Shown piece after piece: positions 37,123-47,331 of a stretch of DNA of 64,000 nt; position 1 is the stretch's first letter, and each line of letters begins with the position of its first letter. Source of the stretch: Candidatus Latescibacterota bacterium (lineage in GTDB: Bacteria > Latescibacterota > UBA2968); contig OZ242195.1 in the NCBI GenBank assembly GCA_965205975.1, positions 1,504,001 through 1,568,000 of the forward strand. The letters are read 5' to 3'. The notes under the pieces are model-generated. The model searched no databases and had not been told where the DNA came from. It worked only from the letters and a program-made list of their open reading frames with translations. A program made the translations under genes and the position numbers.

Positions 37123-38598
37123 ATGTCTCAAATACCCATCATCACTGCCCTTTGTGCCTATGTTTTCCTCACTCTATTGGTTGGCGTCTATGCCGGCAGG
37201 CGCGTCAAAGATTCCACTGATTTTGTCGTTGCAGGCCGGCGTCTGGGCATCTTGCTGGCAACGGGCACGCTTTCCGCCACATGGTTTGGCACGGGCACAG
37301 TACTCGGCGCGGCAGGCGCGGCTTATGAAGGTGGTTTTTTAGCCGTTATAGCCGATCCCTTTGGCGCAGCCCTGTGTCTGTTTCTCGCAGGCCTTTTTTA
37401 CGTACGAATGATGCGACGCATGGGTGTTTCAACCATTGCCGAATTTTTTGAACGAAGATTTGGCAAAACAGCCGGTGTGGTCGCTGCTGCATGTACGATT
37501 CCGGCTTATATCGGCTGGGTCGCATCGCTGATGGTGGGGTTTGGAAAAATTATCCACGCGCTCACAGGATTGGATGCGGTATTAGGCACCTGCCTGGGCG
37601 CTGCTATTGTACTGATCTATACAACAATAGGCGGCATGTGGGCGGTGACGCTGACTGACTTTATTCAGGTGGCTGTCTTAACCCTGGGGCTGATCTTTAT
37701 GACCCCCGTTCTCCTGAGCGACATGGGGGGATGGGCAGCCATACGAGCACAACTACCCGATGACCAATTTTATCTCTATCCCCGCGATGCGGATATGACC
37801 ACATGGTTTAATTATGCGCGTGCCTGGTTGGTAATTGGCCTGGGCAATCTCGCCGGACAGGACCTTTTGCAACGCAGCTTATCCAGCCGAAACGAAGCCG
37901 TCGCGCAAAACAGCGCATATCTTTCTGGTATTATTTATCTGACCGTAGGTCTCTTGCCCGTTTTTCTGGGCATTGCAGCCACCCTCACATTTCCCAATCT
38001 GACCGACCCCGAGCAGGTGATGATGAAACTCGCGGAAACCTATCTTCCCCCACTCGGCATGGCCGTTTTTATCGGCGCTTTGATCTCCGCACTGATGAGT
38101 AGTGCGGACAGCGCTCTGCTCGCTCCTGCCAGTGTAATTGGCAACGACCTGATCCGCTACCTGCGCCCCGATATTGACGCGCGAACCCAACTGCGCCTGT
38201 GCCGCCTGAGTGTCCCCATCCTCGGCATTATCGCGCTCTATCTCGCCCTTTCGCACGACACGGTCTATACGCTGATGGTCGATTCCTGGTCCATCTTGCT
38301 GGCGACCCTTTTTGTACCCCTCACCGCGGGTATCTGGTGGCCTAAAGCCAATCGCTCTGGCGCACTCTGGTCGATGATTTCAGGTGCTATCGCCTATCTC
38401 ATCCTGCTTCAAATTGCGCCCGATCAACCCGCCGATCTCCTCGCAGTACCCATCGGCTTTCTCGCACTTGTCATCATAACCAAAGCGACCACAAAAATTG
38501 ATCCACCCTTGCCCTTGAGCAATACATCAGGAACACCCCTTGCTTACGACAATCGCCTGGGTGCTCTCAATCCGCTTCGAGGTTCATCTAAAAAGTGA
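37123..38598 (+). CDS. Sodium:solute symporter (SSS family)
   Basis: DFVVAGR, ATWFG, GGMWAVTLTDFIQ, SALMSSADS and about 13 TM helices. Confidence 0.92.
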   Translation: MSQIPIITALCAYVFLTLLVGVYAGRRVKDSTDFVVAGRRLGILLATGTLSATWFGTGTVLGAAGAAYEGGFLAVIADPFGAALCLFLAGLFYVRMMRRMGVSTIAEFFERRFGKTAGVVAAACTIPAYIGWVASLMVGFGKIIHALTGLDAVLGTCLGAAIVLIYTTIGGMWAVTLTDFIQVAVLTLGLIFMTPVLLSDMGGWAAIRAQLPDDQFYLYPRDADMTTWFNYARAWLVIGLGNLAGQDLLQRSLSSRNEAVAQNSAYLSGIIYLTVGLLPVFLGIAATLTFPNLTDPEQVMMKLAETYLPPLGMAVFIGALISALMSSADSALLAPASVIGNDLIRYLRPDIDARTQLRLCRLSVPILGIIALYLALSHDTVYTLMVDSWSILLATLFVPLTAGIWWPKANRSGALWSMISGAIAYLILLQIAPDQPADLLAVPIGFLALVIITKATTKIDPPLPLSNTSGTPLAYDNRLGALNPLRGSSKK

Positions 38599-38629
38599 GG
38601 CGCTAAATTCCTTGTCCTAAAAAACAAAG

Positions 38630-38657
38630 GCGCAGTTCCGTAATACAGGAACTGCGC
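38630..38657. terminator. Bidirectional terminator
   Basis: GCGCAGTTCC/GGAACTGCGC stem between convergent genes. Confidence 0.8.
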
Positions 38658-38683
38658 TCATTTTATTTATATGCAAGCAAACA

Positions 38684-39442
38684 TCACCTCACCCGCACCC
38701 GATTGATCTTGCTCGCGGCGACACCTGCCCCAAATCCATTGTCGATATTGACCACAGTCACGCCCGACGCGCAACTGTTCAACATGCCCAGCAATGCTGC
38801 CAAACCCTTGAAACTCGCCCCATATCCCACGCTGGTCGGCACGGCAATAAGCGGCACATCAACCAGGCCACCAACCACACTGGGCAGTGCCCCCTCCATA
38901 CCGGCCACCACGATAATCACACGCGCATCCAATAGACTTTCCTTACACGCCAGCAGACGGTGAATCCCGGCAACCCCCACATCGTAAAGTGTTTCAACCT
39001 CATTACCCATCACCCGCGCGGTTTCCACAGCTTCTTCTGCCACGGGCAAATCGGATGTGCCCGCAGACACAACCAGAATTTTGCCGACTGTTTCTGCAGC
39101 GGGAATCTCCCCTGCGACAACCACTGTGCGAGCGAGTGCATTGACATTTGCTTCGGGATATTTTGCGACCAGAGCATCGCGCATCTCAGCATTTGTGCGC
39201 GTTGCCAGCAGTGTCGCACCCGATGACACAATGCGGTCTGCTATGGCGATCACTTGCTCAACCGTCTTTCCCTCACAAAAAATAACTTCGGGAAACCCCT
39301 GCCTCAGCGTGCGGTGGTGGTCAATCCGCGCAAAACCAAGCTCTTCAAACGGCAAGTGCGCGAGGTGTGCAAACGCCTCATCCACATCTGTTTGACCCTG
39401 TGAAACAGCCTCTAACAACGCGCGTATGCGTTCCGGTGTCAC
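38684..39442 (-). CDS. larB: Nickel-pincer cofactor biosynthesis protein LarB (AIR-carboxylase family)
   Basis: [43 protein letters not shown] and NIDNGFGA. Confidence 0.92.
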   Translation of the reverse strand: MTPERIRALLEAVSQGQTDVDEAFAHLAHLPFEELGFARIDHHRTLRQGFPEVIFCEGKTVEQVIAIADRIVSSGATLLATRTNAEMRDALVAKYPEANVNALARTVVVAGEIPAAETVGKILVVSAGTSDLPVAEEAVETARVMGNEVETLYDVGVAGIHRLLACKESLLDARVIIVVAGMEGALPSVVGGLVDVPLIAVPTSVGYGASFKGLAALLGMLNSCASGVTVVNIDNGFGAGVAASKINRVRVR

Positions 39443-40419
39443 GCCGCCCCCCCCGCTTTGATCTGTCCCAGCAAATCCATGAGACGATTCGGATCGTCTT
39501 CTGTCATCAATGTGCGGCGATAAGGAGTAGCGCCGGTCACACCCTTGATATATGCCGCGAGATGCCGGCGCATTTCCAGGACGCCATAGCGCAAACCCTT
39601 AAACGCGATGGACGCCTTGAGATGGTGAACAGCCATTTCCAGGCGGTCTCCCTCCGTTGGCTCAGGCAATAACTCCCCTGTATTCAGAAAGGCCTCCATG
39701 CGCTTAAAAAGCCATGGATTGCCAATAGCCCATCGCCCCACCATCACCAGATCGCAACCTGTTTTCTGCATCATCTCCTTTGCAGCCTCTGGACCGCGCA
39801 CATCGCCGTTGCCGATTACGGGAATCGAAACCGCGTTTTTGACTTCCGCGATAATATCCCAGTCTGCTCTGCCCGCAAATTTCGCCTCGCGCGTGCGCCC
39901 ATGCACGGCAATTGCCGCTGCACCAGAATCTTCAGCAATTCGCGCAACTGCAACTGCCTGATCGGCTTGTGCCCATCCACTTCTAATTTTCAGCGTCACG
40001 GGAATATCCACAGCACGCACCATTGACGCAATGATCTGTCCCAATCTATCAGGTGTATTGAGCAGAGCCGCGCCCGCGTTTTTCGTCACGATTTTTTTTA
40101 CCGGGCACCCGCAATTGATGTCGATAATATCCGGATTGCGCTCTGCCACAACCCGGGCACCTTCGGCCATGACCTCGGGTTCTGATCCGAACAACTGCGC
40201 GGAAATCGGGAACTCATCGGGTTCAAAATCGAGATATTGATTCGACCTCTCACTGCCCTCTGCCAGTCCCTTAGCACTGACCATCTCCGTGACCGCAAAA
40301 CTCGCGCCCTGTTGCCTGCACAGCATGCGGAATGACCGGTCTGTAATACCAGCCAATGGCGCCAGTGCTGTCCGCCCGGGAATATTTACATTGCCGATTT
40401 TTACGCTCATATCATTCAT
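39439..40419 (-). CDS. dusB: tRNA-dihydrouridine synthase B
   Basis: [28 protein letters not shown] and GR.AIGNPW. Confidence 0.93.
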   Translation of the reverse strand: MNDMSVKIGNVNIPGRTALAPLAGITDRSFRMLCRQQGASFAVTEMVSAKGLAEGSERSNQYLDFEPDEFPISAQLFGSEPEVMAEGARVVAERNPDIIDINCGCPVKKIVTKNAGAALLNTPDRLGQIIASMVRAVDIPVTLKIRSGWAQADQAVAVARIAEDSGAAAIAVHGRTREAKFAGRADWDIIAEVKNAVSIPVIGNGDVRGPEAAKEMMQKTGCDLVMVGRWAIGNPWLFKRMEAFLNTGELLPEPTEGDRLEMAVHHLKASIAFKGLRYGVLEMRRHLAAYIKGVTGATPYRRTLMTEDDPNRLMDLLGQIKAGGAA

Positions 40420-41264
40420 TCTGATGTTTCTCGCGCCTCTAACAACACTTTTGACAATTGCTCGGCAAATTTCACCTGACTGTTGTCCTCGGGTTCATAG
40501 CCGATCTTCTTTCGCGCATTGGAAATCGTCCAGAAATTGTGTGAATTGCCGCTGATACCGTAAAAAATTTGAAATGGAATACCATATTCATCTTCGATAT
40601 TTTCAGCCTCAATGCTCTTCACAATCAACTGCACCTGATCCCGAATGCTCAAATACGCGCCCAAACCCCGATGCATGCTTTTCAAATTCGTGGATTTTGC
40701 GCGATCCATATCGGTCTCGCGCGGCCCACCTATTCGAATCTGCACATTTTCCAGCTTCTTGCCGCCGTTCATCAATCCCGTTGCAAAGGTGAAACCCAAC
40801 AATTCGTATTGCGCCTTTGCCCAGCCGTAATAATTGTCGGAAAGCGGGTACATCTCTGGCGTTACAAATTCCTGCTTACCCGCCCAGATCAGATTTTCAT
40901 AATAATCTGCCGCGTGATTTGAACTGATGATCACGGCGCGTCGAACATTTTCCTCCACACACGTCTGATACACATTGTACGCCATATCGATATTCGTCAT
41001 CTCTGCCCAGAAGCGATCCGCCTCGTCTTTTGCCCGCACAAATCCGCAGTGGATAATCGCATCCTGCCCACTGAAATACTCCCGATACGCATCCCGATCC
41101 CGATTCGTCAAATCCGCAATCACCACATCGCGTACTTCCTCGCCTTCGCGATTGGTCGTCTTCACGTCCAAAATCGTCAGGTCATATCGCTCGCGCAATA
41201 CAGGCAACATCCGCCCGGCAACATAACCCGTCCCTCCTGTAATAAGCACTTTTCTCTTTGACAT
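40416..41264 (-). CDS. NAD-dependent epimerase/dehydrogenase (uronate dehydrogenase-like SDR)
   Basis: TGGTGYVA, SSNHA, YGWAK and YGISGN. Confidence 0.8.
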   Translation of the reverse strand: MSKRKVLITGGTGYVAGRMLPVLRERYDLTILDVKTTNREGEEVRDVVIADLTNRDRDAYREYFSGQDAIIHCGFVRAKDEADRFWAEMTNIDMAYNVYQTCVEENVRRAVIISSNHAADYYENLIWAGKQEFVTPEMYPLSDNYYGWAKAQYELLGFTFATGLMNGGKKLENVQIRIGGPRETDMDRAKSTNLKSMHRGLGAYLSIRDQVQLIVKSIEAENIEDEYGIPFQIFYGISGNSHNFWTISNARKKIGYEPEDNSQVKFAEQLSKVLLEARETSE

Positions 41265-41342
41265 ATCTGCTCCTCAAATCGTAACTGTTTAGGTCATTTG
41301 AATGAATAGCCACAAGATGCACAAAAAACACAAAAGGATGCT

Positions 41343-41396
41343 GTTGGAGCGGCATCCTTGCCGCGATCAAGGTCGGGAAAAGGATTTCCCTCCTAC
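41343..41396. repeat. REP doublet (REPIN-like)
   Basis: GTTGGAGCGGCATCCTTGCCGCGAT and an inverted copy GTAGGAGGGAAATCCTTTTCCCGAC, 4 nt apart. Confidence 0.6.
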
Positions 41397-41440
41397 GCAA
41401 CCACAAGAACCTAAATAGTTACCTCAAATCAACTGTTGGA

Positions 41441-41968
41441 TCACGCGCCCAACATACGATGTGCTTCAACCCTCGCACCATTCTCCAACCACTCAATCGG
41501 CTTTTCATTATCACACGTCGGATTTACCCACACAATTTGCTTCAATTCGTTCACCCCATTCGATGTGTTCTTAAAGGCCCTGCGTGCGCTTCCATCCTTA
41601 GAAGTAACCAGCCGATCCGTTGCAATTGCCGCTTCAATGAGATGAACATCTTTGGCAACAATCGCCCTTTGGTCCCTATGCACGGCCTGATCAATTCTAT
41701 TTCGCAAATTGTTATCGCGTTCCTTATCGTTCTCAATGCGATAAACTCGCTTACGGCCGTACATTTGCCTGCGCCATCTTCTCGAATATCTGGACATGTG
41801 GTGATGCCATTCTGCCAGTATCGCATCTGTTATCACAACATGGTGTCCAACATCTAATACTGTCTCTAAAAATCTCCGACACGCACTTGAAATCGGATGC
41901 ACTGTTTCACCCGCAGAATGCACCACATCGGCATCAATCACCAATCGCCGAGAACCCTGATTCGCCAT
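41441..41968 (-). CDS. PIN-like nuclease (175 aa)
   Basis: Acidic tetrad VIDADV / AEW / KDVHLIEAA / TSKD. TAATG coupling to the upstream ATPase. Confidence 0.7.
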   Translation of the reverse strand: MANQGSRRLVIDADVVHSAGETVHPISSACRRFLETVLDVGHHVVITDAILAEWHHHMSRYSRRWRRQMYGRKRVYRIENDKERDNNLRNRIDQAVHRDQRAIVAKDVHLIEAAIATDRLVTSKDGSARRAFKNTSNGVNELKQIVWVNPTCDNEKPIEWLENGARVEAHRMLGA

Positions 41969-43305
41969 TATTTGCTCCGCCCTTCCACCGCATCCAGATA
42001 GACACCCTCTGCCTTCAATTCGACATCGCAAAAGTCCTCTGGCCAATCTCCAAAAGCACCATTTTTATCCAAATCAGCACTTTCGATTGACGTCGTTCCA
42101 TCTTCATCACTACGCGAAAACCAGTGCAACTTCACAAAATTGGGATCAAGATCACCCTTCGCTACCAATGTCTGCACCTGCAGTAACAACAATGCGCTAT
42201 GTGTCTCTACGACCAACTTCACACCACGCTTTGCCGTCTCTGCCAAAATTTTTGCCAGTGCATATTGTGATCTCGGATGCAGGTGCAATTCCGGCTGCTC
42301 GATATACACCAGTTGCCCCGGCTTTGCAACCAAAAGTGCGACAAGCACGGGCAATACTTGTGAAACACCAAATCCAACGTCTGCGATACTTACGAAGTCT
42401 CCTCCACCTCGCTTTGCTTTCGGTAGCCGTCCAATCTGCAACTCAATTTGTGCATCATTAACGACTTTGGCAAAAATTTTCCATGTTAGGCCAAGGTCAG
42501 TAAGCATTGTCTCAAGTGCTCTTAGACGGTTATCTTTTTTTCTTTGCCAATCAGCAATAATCGTGGCGACATAATTTTCAAATGTACCAGGGAAATCAGG
42601 ACCTGTAGCTGTCTTGGGATAAATACGCTCGGGGTTGCCGCGTAAACCAGGGACGTGAACTATATTGTGCAGTTCTTCCTGAAAAACAAAAAAAGAAAAT
42701 ATTCCTGGCTCGTAAATTTGAAGTATCGGTGAGAACTTAACTCTTGCCTCATCGTTGAGGGCCTCATACGCGACATTGAGAAAACACCGATTTCTGAAAA
42801 CCGACCACTTTAGGCCTTCAAGTAATTTTTTCTGCCTAACTATTGATATAATCTTTTCTAACTCACCGGAACTTTGGTTTGGCCTTAAAGAAAAAGAATA
42901 ATTGCCGAATCCAATAATCATATCTCGGATTTCAAGTGTTTGATTCTCGTTAAGAGAAAACGTAATTTTAAGCGTCGGAAATATCGCGTGGTTTATTTGG
43001 ACACTGAATTCCTGAGAATTAGAATCTTTCTGCATACGCGAAATGAATTGGTTGGCGGATGTAAATTTCGCATTTGGACCATTCAACAAAAGGGGTCCGG
43101 GATCATAACTCGCCTCAAGGGTTTGCTTCATCAGCAACAAGGGTTGCATGATGCTCGATTTGCCAGAACTATTCGCACCTGATAGGATCGTCAGTGGACG
43201 AATTTCAATTCGACTCTCATTGGCAAGCGACTTGAACCCCTGCACAGAAATCGCAGTGATTCCCTTATTCTTATCATTTTTTGATATTTGCTGCTTTGCC
43301 ATCAT
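41968..43305 (-). CDS. ABC-type ATPase (AAA_21 with DUF3696-like C-terminus)
   Basis: Walker A GANSSGKS, signature VGFGVSQ, IEQPELHLHP, VETHS and DKNG...WP. Confidence 0.88.
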   Translation of the reverse strand: MMAKQQISKNDKNKGITAISVQGFKSLANESRIEIRPLTILSGANSSGKSSIMQPLLLMKQTLEASYDPGPLLLNGPNAKFTSANQFISRMQKDSNSQEFSVQINHAIFPTLKITFSLNENQTLEIRDMIIGFGNYSFSLRPNQSSGELEKIISIVRQKKLLEGLKWSVFRNRCFLNVAYEALNDEARVKFSPILQIYEPGIFSFFVFQEELHNIVHVPGLRGNPERIYPKTATGPDFPGTFENYVATIIADWQRKKDNRLRALETMLTDLGLTWKIFAKVVNDAQIELQIGRLPKAKRGGGDFVSIADVGFGVSQVLPVLVALLVAKPGQLVYIEQPELHLHPRSQYALAKILAETAKRGVKLVVETHSALLLLQVQTLVAKGDLDPNFVKLHWFSRSDEDGTTSIESADLDKNGAFGDWPEDFCDVELKAEGVYLDAVEGRSK

Positions 43306-43317
43306 CAAGTTCCTTTA

Positions 43318-44076
43318 TCACGACAATGGAAACGGCATCCCGACCTTAGGAAAATGTCCAAATTGATCTTTCCCTCGCAGTACAATGGGCTGCCACGCTT
43401 GCTTATGTGAATTGAGCGTGGTCTGTTTAACCTGCGGGGGGATAAATCGCACGGTCAGCCCACACCGCCGCCGGTTTGATCGATTGGGATTGCTCGCGTG
43501 AAATAATTGCCCGTCGTGAACCGACATCTGCCCGGCCCTCAACACAATATCGACCGCCGCGCTATCATCCACATAGTCATCTGGAATCTCCTGATTAATA
43601 CTCAGCAAATTGCCTTCGCGCGCTGATTTGTCGTGTACTGCAATCCCATTTTTGTGCGATCCCGGAATAAAACGCATACACCCATTCTCCACATCCGCAT
43701 CGTCAATGGCGATCCAGGCCGTGTGTGCGATGGGCGGTTTAAGCCCCCAGTACGTAATATCCTGATGCCACGCCACAAATATCTTTGCCTCTGGATCGGG
43801 ATATTTGCAAAAAAAATGGGTGGATAATAGCATCACATTGTCGCCCATCACGGCCTGCATCACGTCTAAGATCCGCTTATCCGTTGCCAGTTGCCAGATA
43901 AACACCTCGTCAAAATGCCGCCCCTGCAAACCGATCTGGCACTTCTCCTTGCCCTCTCGCGCTTCCAAATCGTCAAATAACGCGCGAAAATGCCCGATCT
44001 CGCGTTCTGAAAACACATCGACCTCTGTCAAAAATCCCTGCGTCTCATAAGTTTCGACCATAGAATCTAAAGACAT
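43318..44076 (-). CDS. PhyH-family Fe(II)/2OG dioxygenase
   Basis: WHQD.TYWG, AWIAIDD...ENGCM.FIPGSH and H.S.PN.S..RR. RBS before ATG 44076. Confidence 0.9.
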   Translation of the reverse strand: MSLDSMVETYETQGFLTEVDVFSEREIGHFRALFDDLEAREGKEKCQIGLQGRHFDEVFIWQLATDKRILDVMQAVMGDNVMLLSTHFFCKYPDPEAKIFVAWHQDITYWGLKPPIAHTAWIAIDDADVENGCMRFIPGSHKNGIAVHDKSAREGNLLSINQEIPDDYVDDSAAVDIVLRAGQMSVHDGQLFHASNPNRSNRRRCGLTVRFIPPQVKQTTLNSHKQAWQPIVLRGKDQFGHFPKVGMPFPLS

Positions 44077-44238
44077 GGTGCGTTCCTTTCGTGAGCAATG
44101 GCGAACTGTATATAAAATATTAGGAATATCCCGCACGCGCAACCCGTTTTCCAAATTGATTAAAAAAGAACCGGTTCAAAAGCGATACAATGCATAGTGC
44201 TCGCTATCAAACCGGCTTCTAACCGTTTTATCACCTGC

Positions 44239-45111
44239 TCAGACGCCGATCTCGCGCAAAAAAGACGGACTCAGCGTGCCGCGCGCTACTTCTGCCACAG
44301 GTCCCGCCATTGTCAGATTAAACGCTTCATCCACATCAATCATCAACGTGCCTCCGGGCGCATCTACCGTCACAGGTGATGCCACCAGTCCCAAACGCAC
44401 CGCAGCGCTTGCCGCAGCACATGACGAAGATCCCGACGCCTGAGTTTCACCTGCACCGCGTTCCCAGATCAAAATGAAAATTTTTTGATCCCCCGTGGGC
44501 ACGACCAACTGCACATTGGTTCGCCTCGGAAAAATCTCGTGGTTCTCCAACTCAGGTCCCAGACGCAACAAATCATCGCGCGACCACGCCTCGCCCCTCG
44601 GCTTAAACACCACACAGTGGGGATTGCCCACGCTCACACCCGTAAACACCATATCTTCGCCAGCAGCAGTAATCGGCTCTTCAATCAGTTCTTCCACCTC
44701 GAGCGAACAGGGCAATGCCCCTGGTTCAAACGTCGCCTGCCCCATCTCCACAGTCGCCGCACTCGCATCGCCCCATTCGTCGATATGCAAATCAATATGA
44801 ACCAGTCCCCCCGGCGTATCGACTGAGAATGACGTTTTGTCCAACTTACCAGTAGCATGCAAATACCGCGCAAAAATCCTCAGCCCATTGCCCGATTTCT
44901 CTGCCTCACTGCCATCTGGATTCCATATCCGCAACCCGAAATCCGCGCGGCCAGACGCTTCCAATGTCAAAATGCCATCACTCCCCACCCCCCAATTGCG
45001 ATCACAGATTTTCTCAATGCGCTCTGGCGTCAATTCAAATGTCAATTCTTTTGGATCCATCACCAGATAATCATTGCCCAATCCATGACCCTTAAAAAAT
45101 CCGTTCTCCAT
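44239..45111 (-). CDS. dapF: Diaminopimelate epimerase family, Ser/Ser variant
   Basis: KGHGLGNDY, GVGSDG, NPDGSEAEKSGNG, VGNPH and WERGAGETQASGSS. Confidence 0.85.
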   Translation of the reverse strand: MENGFFKGHGLGNDYLVMDPKELTFELTPERIEKICDRNWGVGSDGILTLEASGRADFGLRIWNPDGSEAEKSGNGLRIFARYLHATGKLDKTSFSVDTPGGLVHIDLHIDEWGDASAATVEMGQATFEPGALPCSLEVEELIEEPITAAGEDMVFTGVSVGNPHCVVFKPRGEAWSRDDLLRLGPELENHEIFPRRTNVQLVVPTGDQKIFILIWERGAGETQASGSSSCAAASAAVRLGLVASPVTVDAPGGTLMIDVDEAFNLTMAGPVAEVARGTLSPSFLREIGV

Positions 45112-45131
45112 AATTGCTCCTGTTTTTTATC

Positions 45132-46427
45132 CTAACTAACAATCACCGCGACCCGATGCATCGAATTGTTGAGATACCCCTTCGGATTCCATACAATGGC
45201 GTGTGGCTGACTGACACCTTGCGAATCGGTCGCCCTTGCCCAGATTTCGTAATATCCCGCTTTGGGAAACGCAATCTCCGCCCGCCAGTTCTGCCACGCA
45301 TACGCATTCACTGGCTCATCGAGCTCCGTATCAATCCATGTTGCACCAAAGTCGATGGACAGATGGACAGAATCGACCTTCCGATCTCCCGCCCAAGCAT
45401 GCCCGCGCACTTCCAGAGTCCGCTCGCTCATCTTGTGACCAGTAGCTGGATTTGTAATTAACGACTTAACCTTCATGGCGTGGATAATCTCGAAGTCCTT
45501 CTCATCTACTTTTTCTCCGGGCACTATCATCCGATTGGGTATCCGATAATCGATTCCCGTCATCTTCGGTCCATCGTGAACCTGATCTCGCAACCAGATG
45601 CGAGTCAGCCACTTCTGCGAACACGACCCCGACCAACCGGGAATGATCAAACGCAACGGCGCACCGTTCATGGGATGGATCGGTTTGCCATTCTGGGCGA
45701 AAGCAATGAGATTGTGCTCGTCCATCGCCTTCTCAATCGGCACCCCACGCGAGATGGGAAGCCGGCCTTCCTCACCAGAAACATGGGTATCGGCACCCAC
45801 ATGTGCGGTATAGACCACATTGTCTTGTACCCCAGCAGCCTTGAGAACATCAGCCAGACGAACACCAGTCCACTCGGAACACGCCACAGCGCCATAGGTC
45901 CATTGACTACCATCCGCAGGAGGCTCAAAAAAGGCGCGTCCATTGCCGCCACACTCCAGTGTCAGTGCTCTGGTCACGGCTTCAAATCGCTGTTTGAGAT
46001 CGTCAATACTGAGTGTCATGGGATTATCTACCAGACCATCAATCATCAGCTTCCAGCCCACCGCTTCCGTATTCTCTGGTGGAATGCCATTGTTGCGGAT
46101 AAAATGCCTCTCTGTCGGAGTAATAGCGTCATCGAGCAAATGCGGAGGCGTTTCGGCATTCAATGGCCGATCATTGAGCACGGTCAAGCCGTCCTTCCCT
46201 TGAATCATATCCTCCGAAGCGAGCGCGACAGGAATAAAATGAGCCGGAATATTCCGATGAAACGGAATCGCCGCCCCGACCATGGCGCCCATCATCGCCA
46301 GCCCGGCCTTCTTCAAAAATCCACGCCTGTCGGGATGCGTCTCACGGCCAAATAATAAGTAGTCAGCCTCATCGGGGTTGTTCTGATAGAGTTCAAACAA
46401 TCCTTGCTCTGTGTGTTTTTTGTTCAT
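45132..46427 (-). CDS. Tat-exported sulfite oxidase/dehydrogenase-family molybdoenzyme
   Basis: RRGFLK, NAETP, FIRN, Mo-binding LECGGNGR, GAPLR..PG....KWL and WNPKGY.NN. Confidence 0.9.
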   Translation of the reverse strand: MNKKHTEQGLFELYQNNPDEADYLLFGRETHPDRRGFLKKAGLAMMGAMVGAAIPFHRNIPAHFIPVALASEDMIQGKDGLTVLNDRPLNAETPPHLLDDAITPTERHFIRNNGIPPENTEAVGWKLMIDGLVDNPMTLSIDDLKQRFEAVTRALTLECGGNGRAFFEPPADGSQWTYGAVACSEWTGVRLADVLKAAGVQDNVVYTAHVGADTHVSGEEGRLPISRGVPIEKAMDEHNLIAFAQNGKPIHPMNGAPLRLIIPGWSGSCSQKWLTRIWLRDQVHDGPKMTGIDYRIPNRMIVPGEKVDEKDFEIIHAMKVKSLITNPATGHKMSERTLEVRGHAWAGDRKVDSVHLSIDFGATWIDTELDEPVNAYAWQNWRAEIAFPKAGYYEIWARATDSQGVSQPHAIVWNPKGYLNNSMHRVAVIVS

Positions 46428-46432
46428 TGTTA

Positions 46433-46660
46433 CTACCTCTTTTCCGCTGCCAGCATCAGCCGCTCGCCCTTGGGTTCCGGTATTGGGTCGCCAAATTCCT
46501 GCGCGGTATCAATCCAAAGAGCTATCGCTTGATTAACGTTCTTGAGAGCAGCTTCTTGCGTGTCGCCATGAGCCATACATCCTGGAAGCTCGGGCACTTC
46601 AGCCACAAAAACATCATCCCCGTTGCTCCAATAAAGAATGATTTCGTACTTATATATCAT
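46433..46660 (-). CDS. hicB: HicB-family antitoxin (short, orphan)
   Basis: FVAEVPELPGCMAHGDT.E.AL...WIDTA.E.G.PIP.P. Confidence 0.88.
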   Translation of the reverse strand: MIYKYEIILYWSNGDDVFVAEVPELPGCMAHGDTQEAALKNVNQAIALWIDTAQEFGDPIPEPKGERLMLAAEKR

Positions 46661-46689
46661 TCATACTTCTCCACATTCACCGCGGCGGT

Positions 46690-47331
46690 TCAATCTTTAC
46701 TCCCTAACGACTCTAAGCGTGTCACCCAGCCGCTAAACCGAGGGCATTTAGCGCGAATTGTTTCCAATCCTATCTCCATTGCTATAAGGGGACCATAAAC
46801 TTTCTTTTGATACTGAGGTATAACCTTCACAATCCGTTTGCTCGGAGCCGTTTCACTGTTGTCGTTAATGTCCTCAGGAGTCAAAAACCTTACGCGGATA
46901 CTCCGCAATTCCTCAATAGACTCTTCCGGCGCATCAATCGCATTTGCAAAAGCATTTACATTCGAGAATAACAGCCCCTCGAATTCATGTTTTTGGATAT
47001 AGGGAAACACCTTTTCTGGATGCCAATGGCGACCGAGTTTCCTGCTAATCTGTTGATTCATATCTTCTTCTAAATCATCAACCGTCTTATTGCCTTTGCG
47101 ACGAAACCCGTAGAAATCGACGAATGATGTCACTGCATCAAAGGAGCGAAGTAAATAGGCCATTTCTGACACGAGTCGATCCAACGAAACATTTCCGCCA
47201 TTAGATCCACCGCGGGCGCGACCAAGCAGAATTGGTGTCGTATAGATTCCAATTCTCGACAGATAGTCTGCAAGCACATTTTTGACAAATTCCTCTTCAG
47301 TTTGGCCCTCCACTGATATGGCGAGTCGCAT
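46690..47331 (-). CDS. DUF4276-like (TOPRIM-like) protein
   Basis: VEGQTEE, VDFYG, HEFE.LLFS, PEDIND...TAPSKR and CPRF..W. TGATG coupling to the ATPase. Confidence 0.8.
   Translation of the reverse strand: MRLAISVEGQTEEEFVKNVLADYLSRIGIYTTPILLGRARGGSNGGNVSLDRLVSEMAYLLRSFDAVTSFVDFYGFRRKGNKTVDDLEEDMNQQISRKLGRHWHPEKVFPYIQKHEFEGLLFSNVNAFANAIDAPEESIEELRSIRVRFLTPEDINDNSETAPSKRIVKVIPQYQKKVYGPLIAMEIGLETIRAKCPRFSGWVTRLESLGSKD

Noticed and set aside
44167..44220. Long imperfect inverted repeat as an ncRNA or MITE
   Set aside because: It is a single copy directly after the dapF stop and is more simply a terminator-like hairpin.
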